A stretch of 43,135 nucleotides of DNA from a virus. The notes below the pieces were generated by a model. That model was not told where the DNA came from. It worked only from the letters and a program-made list of their open reading frames with translations, and searched no databases. A program made the translations under genes and the position numbers. Every line of letters begins with the position of its first letter. Positions within the stretch are counted from its first letter, which is position 1. The stretch lies in IMG/VR virus record IMGVR_UViG_3300010224_000023. One strand, given 5' to 3'. Below, in pieces: positions 7,612 to 16,729 of the stretch.

Positions 7612-9600
7612 TTAGTTAGTGCAGGAGAGCGTGTACTGCATACCGGCTGTGGCGGTGTGCGTGAGCGTCACCGTGTTTGCCGCACTCACGCTGTAATAGG
7701 TGGTGGATAGGTTAGTTGCTGCGGTCGCATTTTCAGGAGTGACCGAACAATAACCTCCAGCGGATACCCCTGCGACCGTAAACGCTTCCGAAGTGACAGC
7801 CGTGGTGGTGACGTGTGCGCTTCCTCCACATCCAGTCGCCTGTGTGCAGATGTTCGAGCCGTTCACCGATGCACTGGAACCCTGCACGGTAAGCCCTCCG
7901 GTGATCGTCTCGTTCCCGAACAGTGTCATGGCTCCAGAAGTAAGGCTCAAGACGCGCGACCCTGAAATGTAGAAGTCGTGGGAAAGCGCCCGGTAGACAA
8001 GCGGTATGTATTCTTCCAGGTAGCTGTCGTAAGCCTGCAGCGTTCCGTTCCCGGATGAGACATAGCATCCCAGGGTTGGCCCCAGATAGCTTGTCACTGC
8101 GGCTCCAGCGCAGGTGAGCGATCCAACAACCTCCGCTCCCACAATCTGCGGGTTTTCATGCATCGCGTTCGTCTGCGGTTGGGGTATGTACGTCTGCGCC
8201 GAAAAGTAACTATTGAGCGCGTGCGCTATCCTTTGATTTTGCAGCGCATTGGGATGGGTGAAGTCCACAGTGCCCGGCGTCTCTATGTCCGTCACGCTCG
8301 GATAGGGCATCAACGCAGACATGTCAAACGGAGGGTATGTTCCGTTTGTGTCGCCCATGATGGCCTCATTGAACTCCTGCAGCCGCTGCAGCTGCGCCGG
8401 AGTGATCAAATCCACCGCCGTAAAGGAAACGCTATTAAGCTGTCCTCCGCTCAGAGCGGCCGACGCGAAGTCGAGGCCCGAGCCGGGTACAGCCAGAGTG
8501 ACCGATGTGGACGTCCATCCCGGCTGCACTGATCCCGCGTAGCCGTTGTAAATCTGCACGGGAGGGTAGAGTTGCGCTACCGCTCCGGTGACGGAAGTGG
8601 TCGAAATTGTGGCGCTGCCCGTCACTCCGAAGGTGATGGCGGTAGGAGAGGCTGCGGTAATCGCGCCAAGAGCCACATTTGTATTCAGACTGTCGCCGGG
8701 GGAGGTCACATTGGTGAAATAAGGAAACTGCCCTACTGAGAATGTGCCCGTACATCCGCTCAGTTCTACCGTCACCACCGTTCCGGCCTGCGCATAACTG
8801 CTCACATCGCAGGTTGGCGTGACGGTCATCACAGGGATGTTAGAGATGTACGCATAGTCGCGGGGGAACGATAATCCGGTGCCTGTAAAGGTGAGGTACT
8901 GCTGGCTTCCCGTATAGCTGGCTGCGACGGTGGAGACATCCATCCCGCCATTCGGGAAAGCGGGCGCTGTCGTCGCCGACGGGAGAACCGTCATCAGAAG
9001 AACATCGAAACCTGCCGCCTTCAGTGTCGAAACATAGCCATCGATACAGGACATCTCATCGGCCACACTGTCATTCAGATTGTTTCGGCCCACCATGATC
9101 GTTGCGATGCTTTGTATGGTGTTTCCGCCCGGCGCGTAATCGGCCACTGCCGAGGCCACTTGCGGCGCGATTGATGTGCATGTTGCTCCCGGCACGGCGA
9201 GATTGTGAACTGTAGCCTTCCCGGAAAAATATGGAAGACCCCCAAGAATGGTTGGCCAGTCCGTTCCCGGACCACCCGGAGTGTTCGCCGTGGTCGAATC
9301 GCCGAGCGTAACGAGATTGCAGGCGCTTGCTGTGCAGGCCGCGTTCAGGTCGGGCATGGTGGAATTCGACGTATACCATCCCGCCGTTCCGCACACGTAC
9401 GAGGTGCCAGTGCTCAGATCGGTGTAAGGCTGACCATAGTGCGAACTATCGCATGTGGATGCGGGCGCTCCGGTGCCTGTGACCTTCGGCCATTGGATTT
9501 GCGATGCAGGATTGATCTGCTGCGCGACAGCCATTGGTCCACAGCCAAAGACGTACATCGTCGCGACCCATCCAAGTAGGCGAATCATTAACTTCTTCAT
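7612..9600 (-). CDS. SGNH/GDSL hydrolase-domain protein with N-terminal signal peptide (662 aa)
   Basis: ATGA coupling to the tail fibre gene. The N-terminus MKKLMIRLLGWVATMYVFGCGPMAVA|QQ looks like a signal peptide or possibly a lipobox. LVTLGDSTT is SGNH block I and MVGRNNLND is a block III-like motif. The C-terminal region is Thr/Ser/Gly-rich and beta-rich. Confidence 0.7.
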   Translation of the reverse strand: MKKLMIRLLGWVATMYVFGCGPMAVAQQINPASQIQWPKVTGTGAPASTCDSSHYGQPYTDLSTGTSYVCGTAGWYTSNSTMPDLNAACTASACNLVTLGDSTTANTPGGPGTDWPTILGGLPYFSGKATVHNLAVPGATCTSIAPQVASAVADYAPGGNTIQSIATIMVGRNNLNDSVADEMSCIDGYVSTLKAAGFDVLLMTVLPSATTAPAFPNGGMDVSTVAASYTGSQQYLTFTGTGLSFPRDYAYISNIPVMTVTPTCDVSSYAQAGTVVTVELSGCTGTFSVGQFPYFTNVTSPGDSLNTNVALGAITAASPTAITFGVTGSATISTTSVTGAVAQLYPPVQIYNGYAGSVQPGWTSTSVTLAVPGSGLDFASAALSGGQLNSVSFTAVDLITPAQLQRLQEFNEAIMGDTNGTYPPFDMSALMPYPSVTDIETPGTVDFTHPNALQNQRIAHALNSYFSAQTYIPQPQTNAMHENPQIVGAEVVGSLTCAGAAVTSYLGPTLGCYVSSGNGTLQAYDSYLEEYIPLVYRALSHDFYISGSRVLSLTSGAMTLFGNETITGGLTVQGSSASVNGSNICTQATGCGGSAHVTTTAVTSEAFTVAGVSAGGYCSVTPENATAATNLSTTYYSVSAANTVTLTHTATAGMQYTLSCTN

Positions 9601-10349
9601 AGCGAAAAGGCTCCTTGTGCGAATAGCGCGTCATCCGAGGCTGGCGCCTGGGCGAATGTGACTTGGCCGGGGTCGGGTCCCAAGATGAATCCGTTGGTAT
9701 CATTTTGAATGAGGGGGAAGTTCTTCCAGACAAGCGCCTGCAGGGGCGTGACGCCGAGTGGTGTCCCGCCATTTGTCAGCGTGAAAACGCAGTTCGTCCC
9801 GTCCTGCACGCCGAGCAGTTCGCCGGAGAAAATCGCGGTTCCAATCGGTGACGCGGAGACGAGGCTAATGGCTCCGTCTCCGCCGAAATAAAGGAACTTT
9901 CCGGCGCGCTCCGTGGCGGTTGGCAGATTGACAGAACTCAAGTCGTCCGTGAGCCCGAACTTTATCGATCTGTCTGCGAGCACCTGTAACTGCTGAATGA
10001 GAATGGTTAGGCGATCAAAAACGGTGTTGAGCGTGTCGGGGTAAAAGCCACCGAGGTTCGTAAGTATGACCTGCTGCAACTCGGCAACATCCGACGTGAT
10101 CGTCATGCGGTAGGCGTTCGCCAGCGCAGACGTGAGCGTCACCGATCCGCCGGGCGAGACATCCTGATTCGCGTTCAGTACGGCCGTGTAATCAGTGCCG
10201 AGCGTAAGGATGGAGAGATTGCCTGCAGGGTCCTCTTGCAGAACATACAGATCACTCGTCAGAAAGACCTTGAAGTTGAATGGAAAGACGGTCGTTGTGC
10301 CGTTTCCGAGAAAAGGCCCCGCTTTCCGGTTTGTACTGGTAACTGCCAT
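9597..10349 (-). CDS. Tail fibre / particle-binding adaptor protein (250 aa)
   Basis: Start ATG 10349 with AGGAG 7 nt upstream (track ORF trimmed). The N-terminus MAVTSTNRKAGPFLGNGTTTVFPFNFKVFLTSDLYV matches the common podovirus fibre/spike N-terminal motif (Y/F-x-G-D/N-G-x-T-T-x-F). The C-terminal segment DGTNCVFTL...VTFAQAP looks Ig-like. Confidence 0.65.
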   Translation of the reverse strand: MAVTSTNRKAGPFLGNGTTTVFPFNFKVFLTSDLYVLQEDPAGNLSILTLGTDYTAVLNANQDVSPGGSVTLTSALANAYRMTITSDVAELQQVILTNLGGFYPDTLNTVFDRLTILIQQLQVLADRSIKFGLTDDLSSVNLPTATERAGKFLYFGGDGAISLVSASPIGTAIFSGELLGVQDGTNCVFTLTNGGTPLGVTPLQALVWKNFPLIQNDTNGFILGPDPGQVTFAQAPASDDALFAQGAFSL

Positions 10350-10380
10350 GGTTTCGCTCCTGCTGAGTGGCAATGGAAAA

Positions 10381-10398
10381 GGCCGCCCGGAGGCGACC
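10381..10398 (-). terminator. Weak hairpin (possible attenuator or terminator) between the internal-protein genes and the fibre gene
   Basis: The minus strand reads GGTCGCC-TCCG-GGCGGCC then TTTTCC. The single non-Watson-Crick pair is G-U on the minus strand and C-A on the plus strand. Confidence 0.3.
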
Positions 10399-10413
10399 TG
10401 GTGAGGTTCGGAT

Positions 10414-10701
10414 ATGATGGTGCGCATGTTCGAAAGACTGAAACAGCAGCCACTTATAGGCTTGGCGCTGGCAATAGCCGGAGGCTACGTGCTGGCGCAT
10501 GTGTTGATAGAAGTGTGCGATTATCTCTGGATCACTTACCTATGGGACTTTTCGGCTAGAAATGCGGATTCACTGGCCGCGTGGTGTGCAATCTTCGCGC
10601 TGGCTCTGTCTGCCTACTTTGGGTGGAAGAAAATGTGGACGATTCGGCGAAGCCATGACATCTCTAGTGAGACGCCCCAGCCACCGCACCCCACACGTTA
10701 G
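10414..10701 (+). CDS. Small 2-TM membrane protein (95 aa) on the opposite strand inside the structural operon
   Basis: It fills an otherwise unexplained 314-nt gap (10350..10663). It has two clear hydrophobic helices (LIGLALAIAGGYVLAHVLIEV and LAAWCAIFALALSAYFGW). GGTGAGG lies upstream of ATGATG. Confidence 0.45.
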   Translation: MMVRMFERLKQQPLIGLALAIAGGYVLAHVLIEVCDYLWITYLWDFSARNADSLAAWCAIFALALSAYFGWKKMWTIRRSHDISSETPQPPHPTR

Positions 10702-13700
10702 GGTGCTCAATCTTTCCTTGTTGTGATTTCCGTGTGTACCGCAGCGTCTTGAATATCTGATCTGTTCCGGGCACTCCGTAGGCTTCCATCGCCGCCTGCA
10801 GCGTATCCAGCCCGATTCCTACACGGTCTTTGATCTCCGCGTCTGATGTTGCGTGCACTACCGCCTTGGCGCCGCGCTCGATCATGCTCACGACGGGGGA
10901 GAAACGAACATCGCCCTTGTTCTCCAGGGCCTCTACCCCGATGTTCATAATGGCCATCGTTTCAGCAGGGAACAGCAGGGCGCGCTTGGCCGCCCACGTA
11001 CCTTTGTTCTCGTCGTCCTCGGGGCCTCGTCCGGTAAGCAGTGGTCCCATGATGGCCGGGATGATGGCTGCCATAATCATTCCGTAGGTGAGTTGGCCTA
11101 CTTTGCGGCTTTTCCCAAACTCGCTGGAAACATCGGCGATCTGGTTCCACTTGAGATTGTGGAAGCCGCCCATTGTTGTAAGCAACTTCGTAACGTCGTT
11201 GTTCCGCATAATGGGCGCGAGATCCTTTGGAGCATTCGAGCCAAGCCCCATACGTACGGCACCGTCTGCCTTGTGCATCGCCTGGTACTTCGCCTCAGTC
11301 TCCGAAAGGTGAACATTCTCGGCCAGGGCATTGCGATAGACAGCTAGCCACATCGGGAATGAAAGCATGTGGTCCATGAATTGAATCGGTGCCCAGCCTG
11401 CTTTAGCCCATACGTCCGCGACGGTCTTATTTCTCGTGCCGTCCTGAAGAACCTTGCGCATATCGCGGTCAAGATTCTCGCCGCGGGTCGCCATCTCATT
11501 AGGTGAAAGGTTCCGTATCTGCTCGGACATCTCAAACGGATGCGCCACGAAATCAATCATTGCCTGCGCGTAGGATGCCGGAGACGTGTGCAGGAAGATG
11601 CTGGAGGCGTGCGTCAACTGGAGCAGCATCGTAGAAAACTTGAATCCGAGCGCTGCCTTCACGACATTGGTGCGCAGGGTATTCATGGCGCGCGAAACGT
11701 CGCCCAACCCCTGTACCGTGCTGCCGTTGCGGTCGTTGATGATCGTCCGCAGCCATGGCATCATCTGCTTTTCATTGCCTACGCCAAGCGTCTCGCGAAG
11801 CGTCTGACGGATCGCCGGATCCAGCAATAGCTTGTTGGCCGTCAGCATGAACTCCCGATGAGTAATGTCTTTGATGACCTTCGCGGTGTGTTGCGTAAGA
11901 ACCTGTTCGTAATCGAGTTGGAGCGGGCCACCGAATCCGGTGCGCTCCTTCATGTTCCCGCGCGAGGTTGCCGCACGGCCATAGCCCGATTCCATCATGT
12001 TCTGCGCGGTCTGCCCTGCGTCCTGCTGCGCGCCACGTTTAGAGAAGCGCGGGTCCATCACCACGGGATAGTATCCGCCGGCAATATCCATAGTTGAGCC
12101 GTCCGCCAGTTCCACAGAGAACGGTTCAGGCTTTACCATCACCGGAGGCAACCCGGTCAGACGCTTTTCGAGTTCCGCCTGTGCTGCTCCGAGCGGCTTG
12201 AGTGAATCCCACCCGTCCTGCACGAACTGCCATTCCTCGCGCGTGAGCATGCCCTTGACCTTCTCAATGGCCGCCGGGTCCCAGCCGTGTGCGACGAACG
12301 TCTTCTGCAGGCGGTCGAGGTTGCCCTCATTCCCCATGTTGAACGCCATCGCCAGCAAGGTTCTACGGGTTACAGGCTCGGTAATGCCGTCGATGGTGAC
12401 CTTCTCGAGTAGCTTAAGTCGCTGCTCTTTTGGCATCTTCTCGAGCGCATCACCAACTCGCTTCGTTACCTCCGCCTGGAGTGCTGCCTCCTTACCCTGA
12501 GCATCCGCCGCAAGGTTCCACAAGTAGTCATGCCACGGCCCGCTTGTGCCACCATCCAGACGTTTCATAAGAAACTCTGTCCTGGCCAATAGCGCAGTGC
12601 CACGATTTACGAGATCGCCAGCCTTTTGCTCCGTTGTCCGGTTTTCATCGAGCACCGGACGCGGCTTGGACTTGATCGACTCGCGCGCCTGCGCAGCCAT
12701 ACGCTCAACGGCGGCATTGAACTCGATCTTGCGACCATTCACCTCCATGCCGAGCTCCTGCGATGCAAGATGCCGGATATTAGTCAGAGCATCGTGAAGC
12801 ATGCGTATTTCAGCCACACTCGCGTGCCGGTAGTGAACAGCGCGCGTCTCATCGAACATCTGCGGGTCGATGGCCGATTCCTTGCCCTCGTCATAGAGTG
12901 CAGACGCCCATTCGGCCAGCGTGCGCGCCGGCGGCTCAGCGGGTGCTGCAGCGAGCCCATAGCGGGAGAGCAGACGGTTGAACTGGTCGCGATAGTCCGC
13001 TCCTGCCAAACCAAGTTTCTGCTGCACGGTCTTCGTCTGCATGCGCTTGACGTAGGATTCAAACTTGCCGATGTACTCCTTGGCCTTCGTCGCCTCACGG
13101 AACAGGAAGTGATTCAGCAGTTCCTTATGCTTGGCCTGCGCAGCCTCGTCTATCTTTCCCTTGCGCAGTGCGTCGAAGGCCTCGCGCGAATACTTGCGGC
13201 TCGCATCCAGATAGCGGGTCGGCTGTAAGTCTGCAATGGCCTTCGACTCGACCATCTGCTGCGCGGCTTCGCGGTACGACTCGATGGGTGCAACCTGTAT
13301 CGAGCGCAGTGCGGATTTCTGGTCGGCGGCCTTACCTTTCAGACTCTCAATCTTCTTTTGGAGCGCCTTAAGTTCACGGTGCAGGTTTTCAGCGCGGTTT
13401 TGGTTTTCAACCGCCATGCGCGCCTGATCGTTCAGGCTGCCGTCATAACGGATGTCGCCATACTTATTCGTCATGTGCTCGCGGACGGACGTATCGATGG
13501 CATCAGTACGCCGCGGTACTGCCTCCAACGCGCTCAACATATCTTCCGCAGAGTTGAACCCGAGTACTTCCGCCGCTGCTTCTGTATCCACTCCGCCTTC
13601 GTTGCGGTACAGGCCAGGATGCAGCCGCTGGAGATCCTTCACGCGCTCCTCGCCGAACTGCTTTACCAGTTCTTCCCGCCTTAGGGTCAACGCAGTGCCA

Positions 13701-16700
13701 TCATCCAATGCGCCACGCCGGAGCGAGCGAATGGCCTGATACTCCGGCATACGATCAATCTGCTGTGTCAGAGCCTCGCGCGCGTTCTTTTCTTCTTCGC
13801 GCCATGCATCCGTGCGCTCGCGCACCGCAGCATCATTCAGCTTAGCCAGAATTTCAGCTTTGGCGTGCTCGACTTCCAGACCGCGCGCTTCCGCGTACTT
13901 CTGGAACTCCTCCTCCGTCCATCCAGCTTCTTCAGGACTGGAGAACAACTGCGGACCACCCTCCTGCACGGCACGATCCACGCCACCTTCCGCCGCGTAC
14001 AGGCGGTCGAAGACGCCGCGGATGTTGTCATTCAACTCCACGCCGAGGTCAGACGCTTTCTTGTAGACAGTCCCTAGCCAGATAGCAAACCGCTGAAAGA
14101 CTCCCTTCAACCCCTCGCTGGGAGCTTTACCTTCGCGTAGATATTGCTCATTCGCACGCGCCCAAGTTTCGTGCTGCTCGCGCGTAAGCGGTTGGCCCTC
14201 CTTTGCGCCGAGGTAATCGAGAATCTTCGCGTAGTCACCCTTGATGGTTTCGCTCGCGCCTTCTCGGGTAGCGAGTTCACTGATGATGTGCAGGTACGCG
14301 TGGGCGGGCTCATGTACAAACGTGCTGAGGTCGCCGATCTTCGTCCTCCCTATTTCATAGGTGCCGTCAGGCAGGACGCGGAACCAACCGCGCGGCGTGC
14401 CAGGTGCAGAGGCGGACTGGAGCATGAAATCATTGTTCTTGCCCGCCGTAGGGTTGCGGACTACAATTGGATCTCTGCCATCGCCTCGGGCGTTGGGATG
14501 AAGGTTGACCGCTATGCGGTCGGCATCCATCGTGGCAGGAAACCTCCGCATGGTGACTGCAGCAAGTTCTTTCGCCCCGCCCCTCTTCTTGCCAGCGCGA
14601 ACTTCTTCCACATAAAGAACCGATCCATCTGGCATTTTCTTGGCATAGCCAATCTGATCGCGGCCCAGACGATTCTTTGTGTTCAATATCAAATAATCTG
14701 GATCGCTGATAATCTCAGGGATCGATTCGAAGTCACGCTCGGTGACAGCTATCTGGCCGCGCTGAGCTTCGGTCTTCGCGTTCCCGTGACTATTGAGCGT
14801 ATGCCGAATGGCCGATCCATCGATGATGTGCGTGTAGCCATCGAGATCATATCCATGCTCCCTAGCCGCCTCCACCAGCCATGCGCCTACAGGTGCGATC
14901 ACCGCCTTATGTGGAACGTGTCCAGGCTGCTTCGCGGCCTCTATAACAGTCCGTATCTTCTCAATGGCCTCCTGATGTAAGGCCTGCGCGCCGGCTCCTG
15001 GCGATTCTTCCGCAACCACCTTGGGGTTGTAGTAGTTCACCAACTCGCTCGGCTTCAGGCCCGCACTCTTCGCAAGATTGCTATACGCGTTAGCATCCTT
15101 AACGGCCAGAGTCTCAGCCACTTCCGGAGTCTCGCCCGCATCCACGTAACGCTGGCGCAGGTCTTCCTTGACACTCTGCCATTCGGGGGATGATGCGGTT
15201 TCGGCATCGGCTTCCGCCGTCTCAGCCTGTAGCTTCTCGGGCCCACCCTCGGCAACCCACTTCTGTAGTTCCTCGCGGCCTTCCTGATGCTGGCGCATCG
15301 TGAGCCCGGTAGCGGGGTCTACTACATCAGCGAGTAATCCCTTTTGGTGCTCGGGGTCTAGCTTGGAGAGAAAGTCCGCTTTCGGAACTTCGACATCGCC
15401 ACCGGACAGCACCGCTTCCGCGTAATTGGAAGCGCCAATGTCTCCGGCTACCTCCGCAGGATCCATTTCCTTTCCTTTGAAATACTCGTTGAACTGTTCG
15501 GCGGGGATGCGCAGGCTTTCGTCGCCAGCGAAGATCGTCTGCAGCGCCTCGTGAAACTTCTCAGGAGAACGCGTGCGCAGTTGCGACTCATCCGCCGCAG
15601 CGACGGCTTGCGTCAGACTTCCAAAGAACGCGTCCGTACCGAGGTGCATACCGCCTTGCATGGCCGCACCCTGAACCGCAGCCGATGGGACACCCTCCAA
15701 AGTAGGCTTGCCGGTCACCACGTTCTGCGCTATCTGGCCTGACACTCCCGTTGCACTGCCGAGTCCAATCGAAGTCAGCAGCGGATTATTCCGCAGGGCA
15801 GGGATTAGGTCCGTCGCCCCAAACATGGCATTCGGCAGAACTGTGATTGCCGCCACGCGGTTTGCTGCCAGCCTCGCAGCATCATCGCTGCCACCGGCCC
15901 CCGCCACGGCGGTGTATGTCTTTCCCGCTTGGTCAGCGGTAAACATCCCACCGATAGTAAGGCCGGTTAGCACCTTAGCTGCTTTGTCGCTAAGTCCGAG
16001 CGTTTTAGCGAGAAGGCTTGTCCCTCCGGACGTTACGACAGAGGGCACCATCGGCGCGACATTCTTCATCAACCAGTCGAACTCGTTGCTCTTATGAAAG
16101 AGGGCAGACGGGTCCGTGTTCGTCTCGGCGCTTAGGCCAGTCTCGATGCGCTGCAAAAAGTTCTGTTTCGTTGGTCCGTCACCATGCAGCCCAAAGAATG
16201 AGGCGACGTTACCCACTATGCCCGCCGTGCCGCCCACTACGTCGATAGCTCCACGAGTCAGAGGAAAGTCATACGCGCGCTGCTTGACCTGATCGGGCGT
16301 ACGTCCGGTCACATCGGCGAAGGTCTGCGAGAGTTTGTCCCAAAAAGTAGGCGTGTACGCGCGCATCACTGCGGCGTGCTGCTCGATTCCAGCCAGGCGA
16401 TGAATCTCATCCACACCCGAGACGGCCGCATTGTGCGGATCGGACGCCCATCCCGACGTGATCGGTGCGATCTCCGTAAGGTATCTCGGGTCGATCCGGT
16501 TCTGGTTGGCTGCCTGCTGTACTTGATGCTCATTTCCCTGAGTGACTGACGGTGGGATGCCGGTCAGTTGTTGAAGCTGAAGCAGCTTGGCATACCGAAC
16601 AGGGTCTTGCTGGGATGCGTACGAAACCGCACCCTGCAATGCTTGGGCCTGAGTGGGCACCGGAGACGGCTCAGGTCCGGATATTGGAACAGCCTTATCG

Positions 16701-16729
16701 AAATCGAGGGTTACTGGAGTCGTCGCCAC
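10664..16729 (-). CDS. Giant internal virion / ejection protein (2021 aa) with embedded PBECR-like and HExxH zincin-like modules
   Basis: Its position after the two internal proteins and the tail tube genes parallels T7 gp16. There is a C-terminal hydrophobic segment, GQLTYGMIMAAIIPAIMGPLL. aa ~605-735 (nt 14525..14917) read THIIDGSAIRHTLNSHGN..RGQIAVTERDFESIPEIISDPDYLI. HEPAH is at nt 14300..14314. Confidence 0.75.
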   Translation of the reverse strand: MATTPVTLDFDKAVPISGPEPSPVPTQAQALQGAVSYASQQDPVRYAKLLQLQQLTGIPPSVTQGNEHQVQQAANQNRIDPRYLTEIAPITSGWASDPHNAAVSGVDEIHRLAGIEQHAAVMRAYTPTFWDKLSQTFADVTGRTPDQVKQRAYDFPLTRGAIDVVGGTAGIVGNVASFFGLHGDGPTKQNFLQRIETGLSAETNTDPSALFHKSNEFDWLMKNVAPMVPSVVTSGGTSLLAKTLGLSDKAAKVLTGLTIGGMFTADQAGKTYTAVAGAGGSDDAARLAANRVAAITVLPNAMFGATDLIPALRNNPLLTSIGLGSATGVSGQIAQNVVTGKPTLEGVPSAAVQGAAMQGGMHLGTDAFFGSLTQAVAAADESQLRTRSPEKFHEALQTIFAGDESLRIPAEQFNEYFKGKEMDPAEVAGDIGASNYAEAVLSGGDVEVPKADFLSKLDPEHQKGLLADVVDPATGLTMRQHQEGREELQKWVAEGGPEKLQAETAEADAETASSPEWQSVKEDLRQRYVDAGETPEVAETLAVKDANAYSNLAKSAGLKPSELVNYYNPKVVAEESPGAGAQALHQEAIEKIRTVIEAAKQPGHVPHKAVIAPVGAWLVEAAREHGYDLDGYTHIIDGSAIRHTLNSHGNAKTEAQRGQIAVTERDFESIPEIISDPDYLILNTKNRLGRDQIGYAKKMPDGSVLYVEEVRAGKKRGGAKELAAVTMRRFPATMDADRIAVNLHPNARGDGRDPIVVRNPTAGKNNDFMLQSASAPGTPRGWFRVLPDGTYEIGRTKIGDLSTFVHEPAHAYLHIISELATREGASETIKGDYAKILDYLGAKEGQPLTREQHETWARANEQYLREGKAPSEGLKGVFQRFAIWLGTVYKKASDLGVELNDNIRGVFDRLYAAEGGVDRAVQEGGPQLFSSPEEAGWTEEEFQKYAEARGLEVEHAKAEILAKLNDAAVRERTDAWREEEKNAREALTQQIDRMPEYQAIRSLRRGALDDGTALTLRREELVKQFGEERVKDLQRLHPGLYRNEGGVDTEAAAEVLGFNSAEDMLSALEAVPRRTDAIDTSVREHMTNKYGDIRYDGSLNDQARMAVENQNRAENLHRELKALQKKIESLKGKAADQKSALRSIQVAPIESYREAAQQMVESKAIADLQPTRYLDASRKYSREAFDALRKGKIDEAAQAKHKELLNHFLFREATKAKEYIGKFESYVKRMQTKTVQQKLGLAGADYRDQFNRLLSRYGLAAAPAEPPARTLAEWASALYDEGKESAIDPQMFDETRAVHYRHASVAEIRMLHDALTNIRHLASQELGMEVNGRKIEFNAAVERMAAQARESIKSKPRPVLDENRTTEQKAGDLVNRGTALLARTEFLMKRLDGGTSGPWHDYLWNLAADAQGKEAALQAEVTKRVGDALEKMPKEQRLKLLEKVTIDGITEPVTRRTLLAMAFNMGNEGNLDRLQKTFVAHGWDPAAIEKVKGMLTREEWQFVQDGWDSLKPLGAAQAELEKRLTGLPPVMVKPEPFSVELADGSTMDIAGGYYPVVMDPRFSKRGAQQDAGQTAQNMMESGYGRAATSRGNMKERTGFGGPLQLDYEQVLTQHTAKVIKDITHREFMLTANKLLLDPAIRQTLRETLGVGNEKQMMPWLRTIINDRNGSTVQGLGDVSRAMNTLRTNVVKAALGFKFSTMLLQLTHASSIFLHTSPASYAQAMIDFVAHPFEMSEQIRNLSPNEMATRGENLDRDMRKVLQDGTRNKTVADVWAKAGWAPIQFMDHMLSFPMWLAVYRNALAENVHLSETEAKYQAMHKADGAVRMGLGSNAPKDLAPIMRNNDVTKLLTTMGGFHNLKWNQIADVSSEFGKSRKVGQLTYGMIMAAIIPAIMGPLLTGRGPEDDENKGTWAAKRALLFPAETMAIMNIGVEALENKGDVRFSPVVSMIERGAKAVVHATSDAEIKDRVGIGLDTLQAAMEAYGVPGTDQIFKTLRYTRKSQQGKIEHPNVWGAVAGASH

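Noticed and set aside
5287-10427. Looked for a diversity-generating retroelement (reverse transcriptase, template/variable repeat pair), because the head module resembles BPP-1-like phages.
   Set aside because: No ORF in the window has RT motifs (no YxDD-type protein). I saw no ~100-150 nt near-repeat with adenine-specific mismatches near the fibre or spike 3' ends. A computational self-alignment would be needed to exclude short TR/VR pairs completely.
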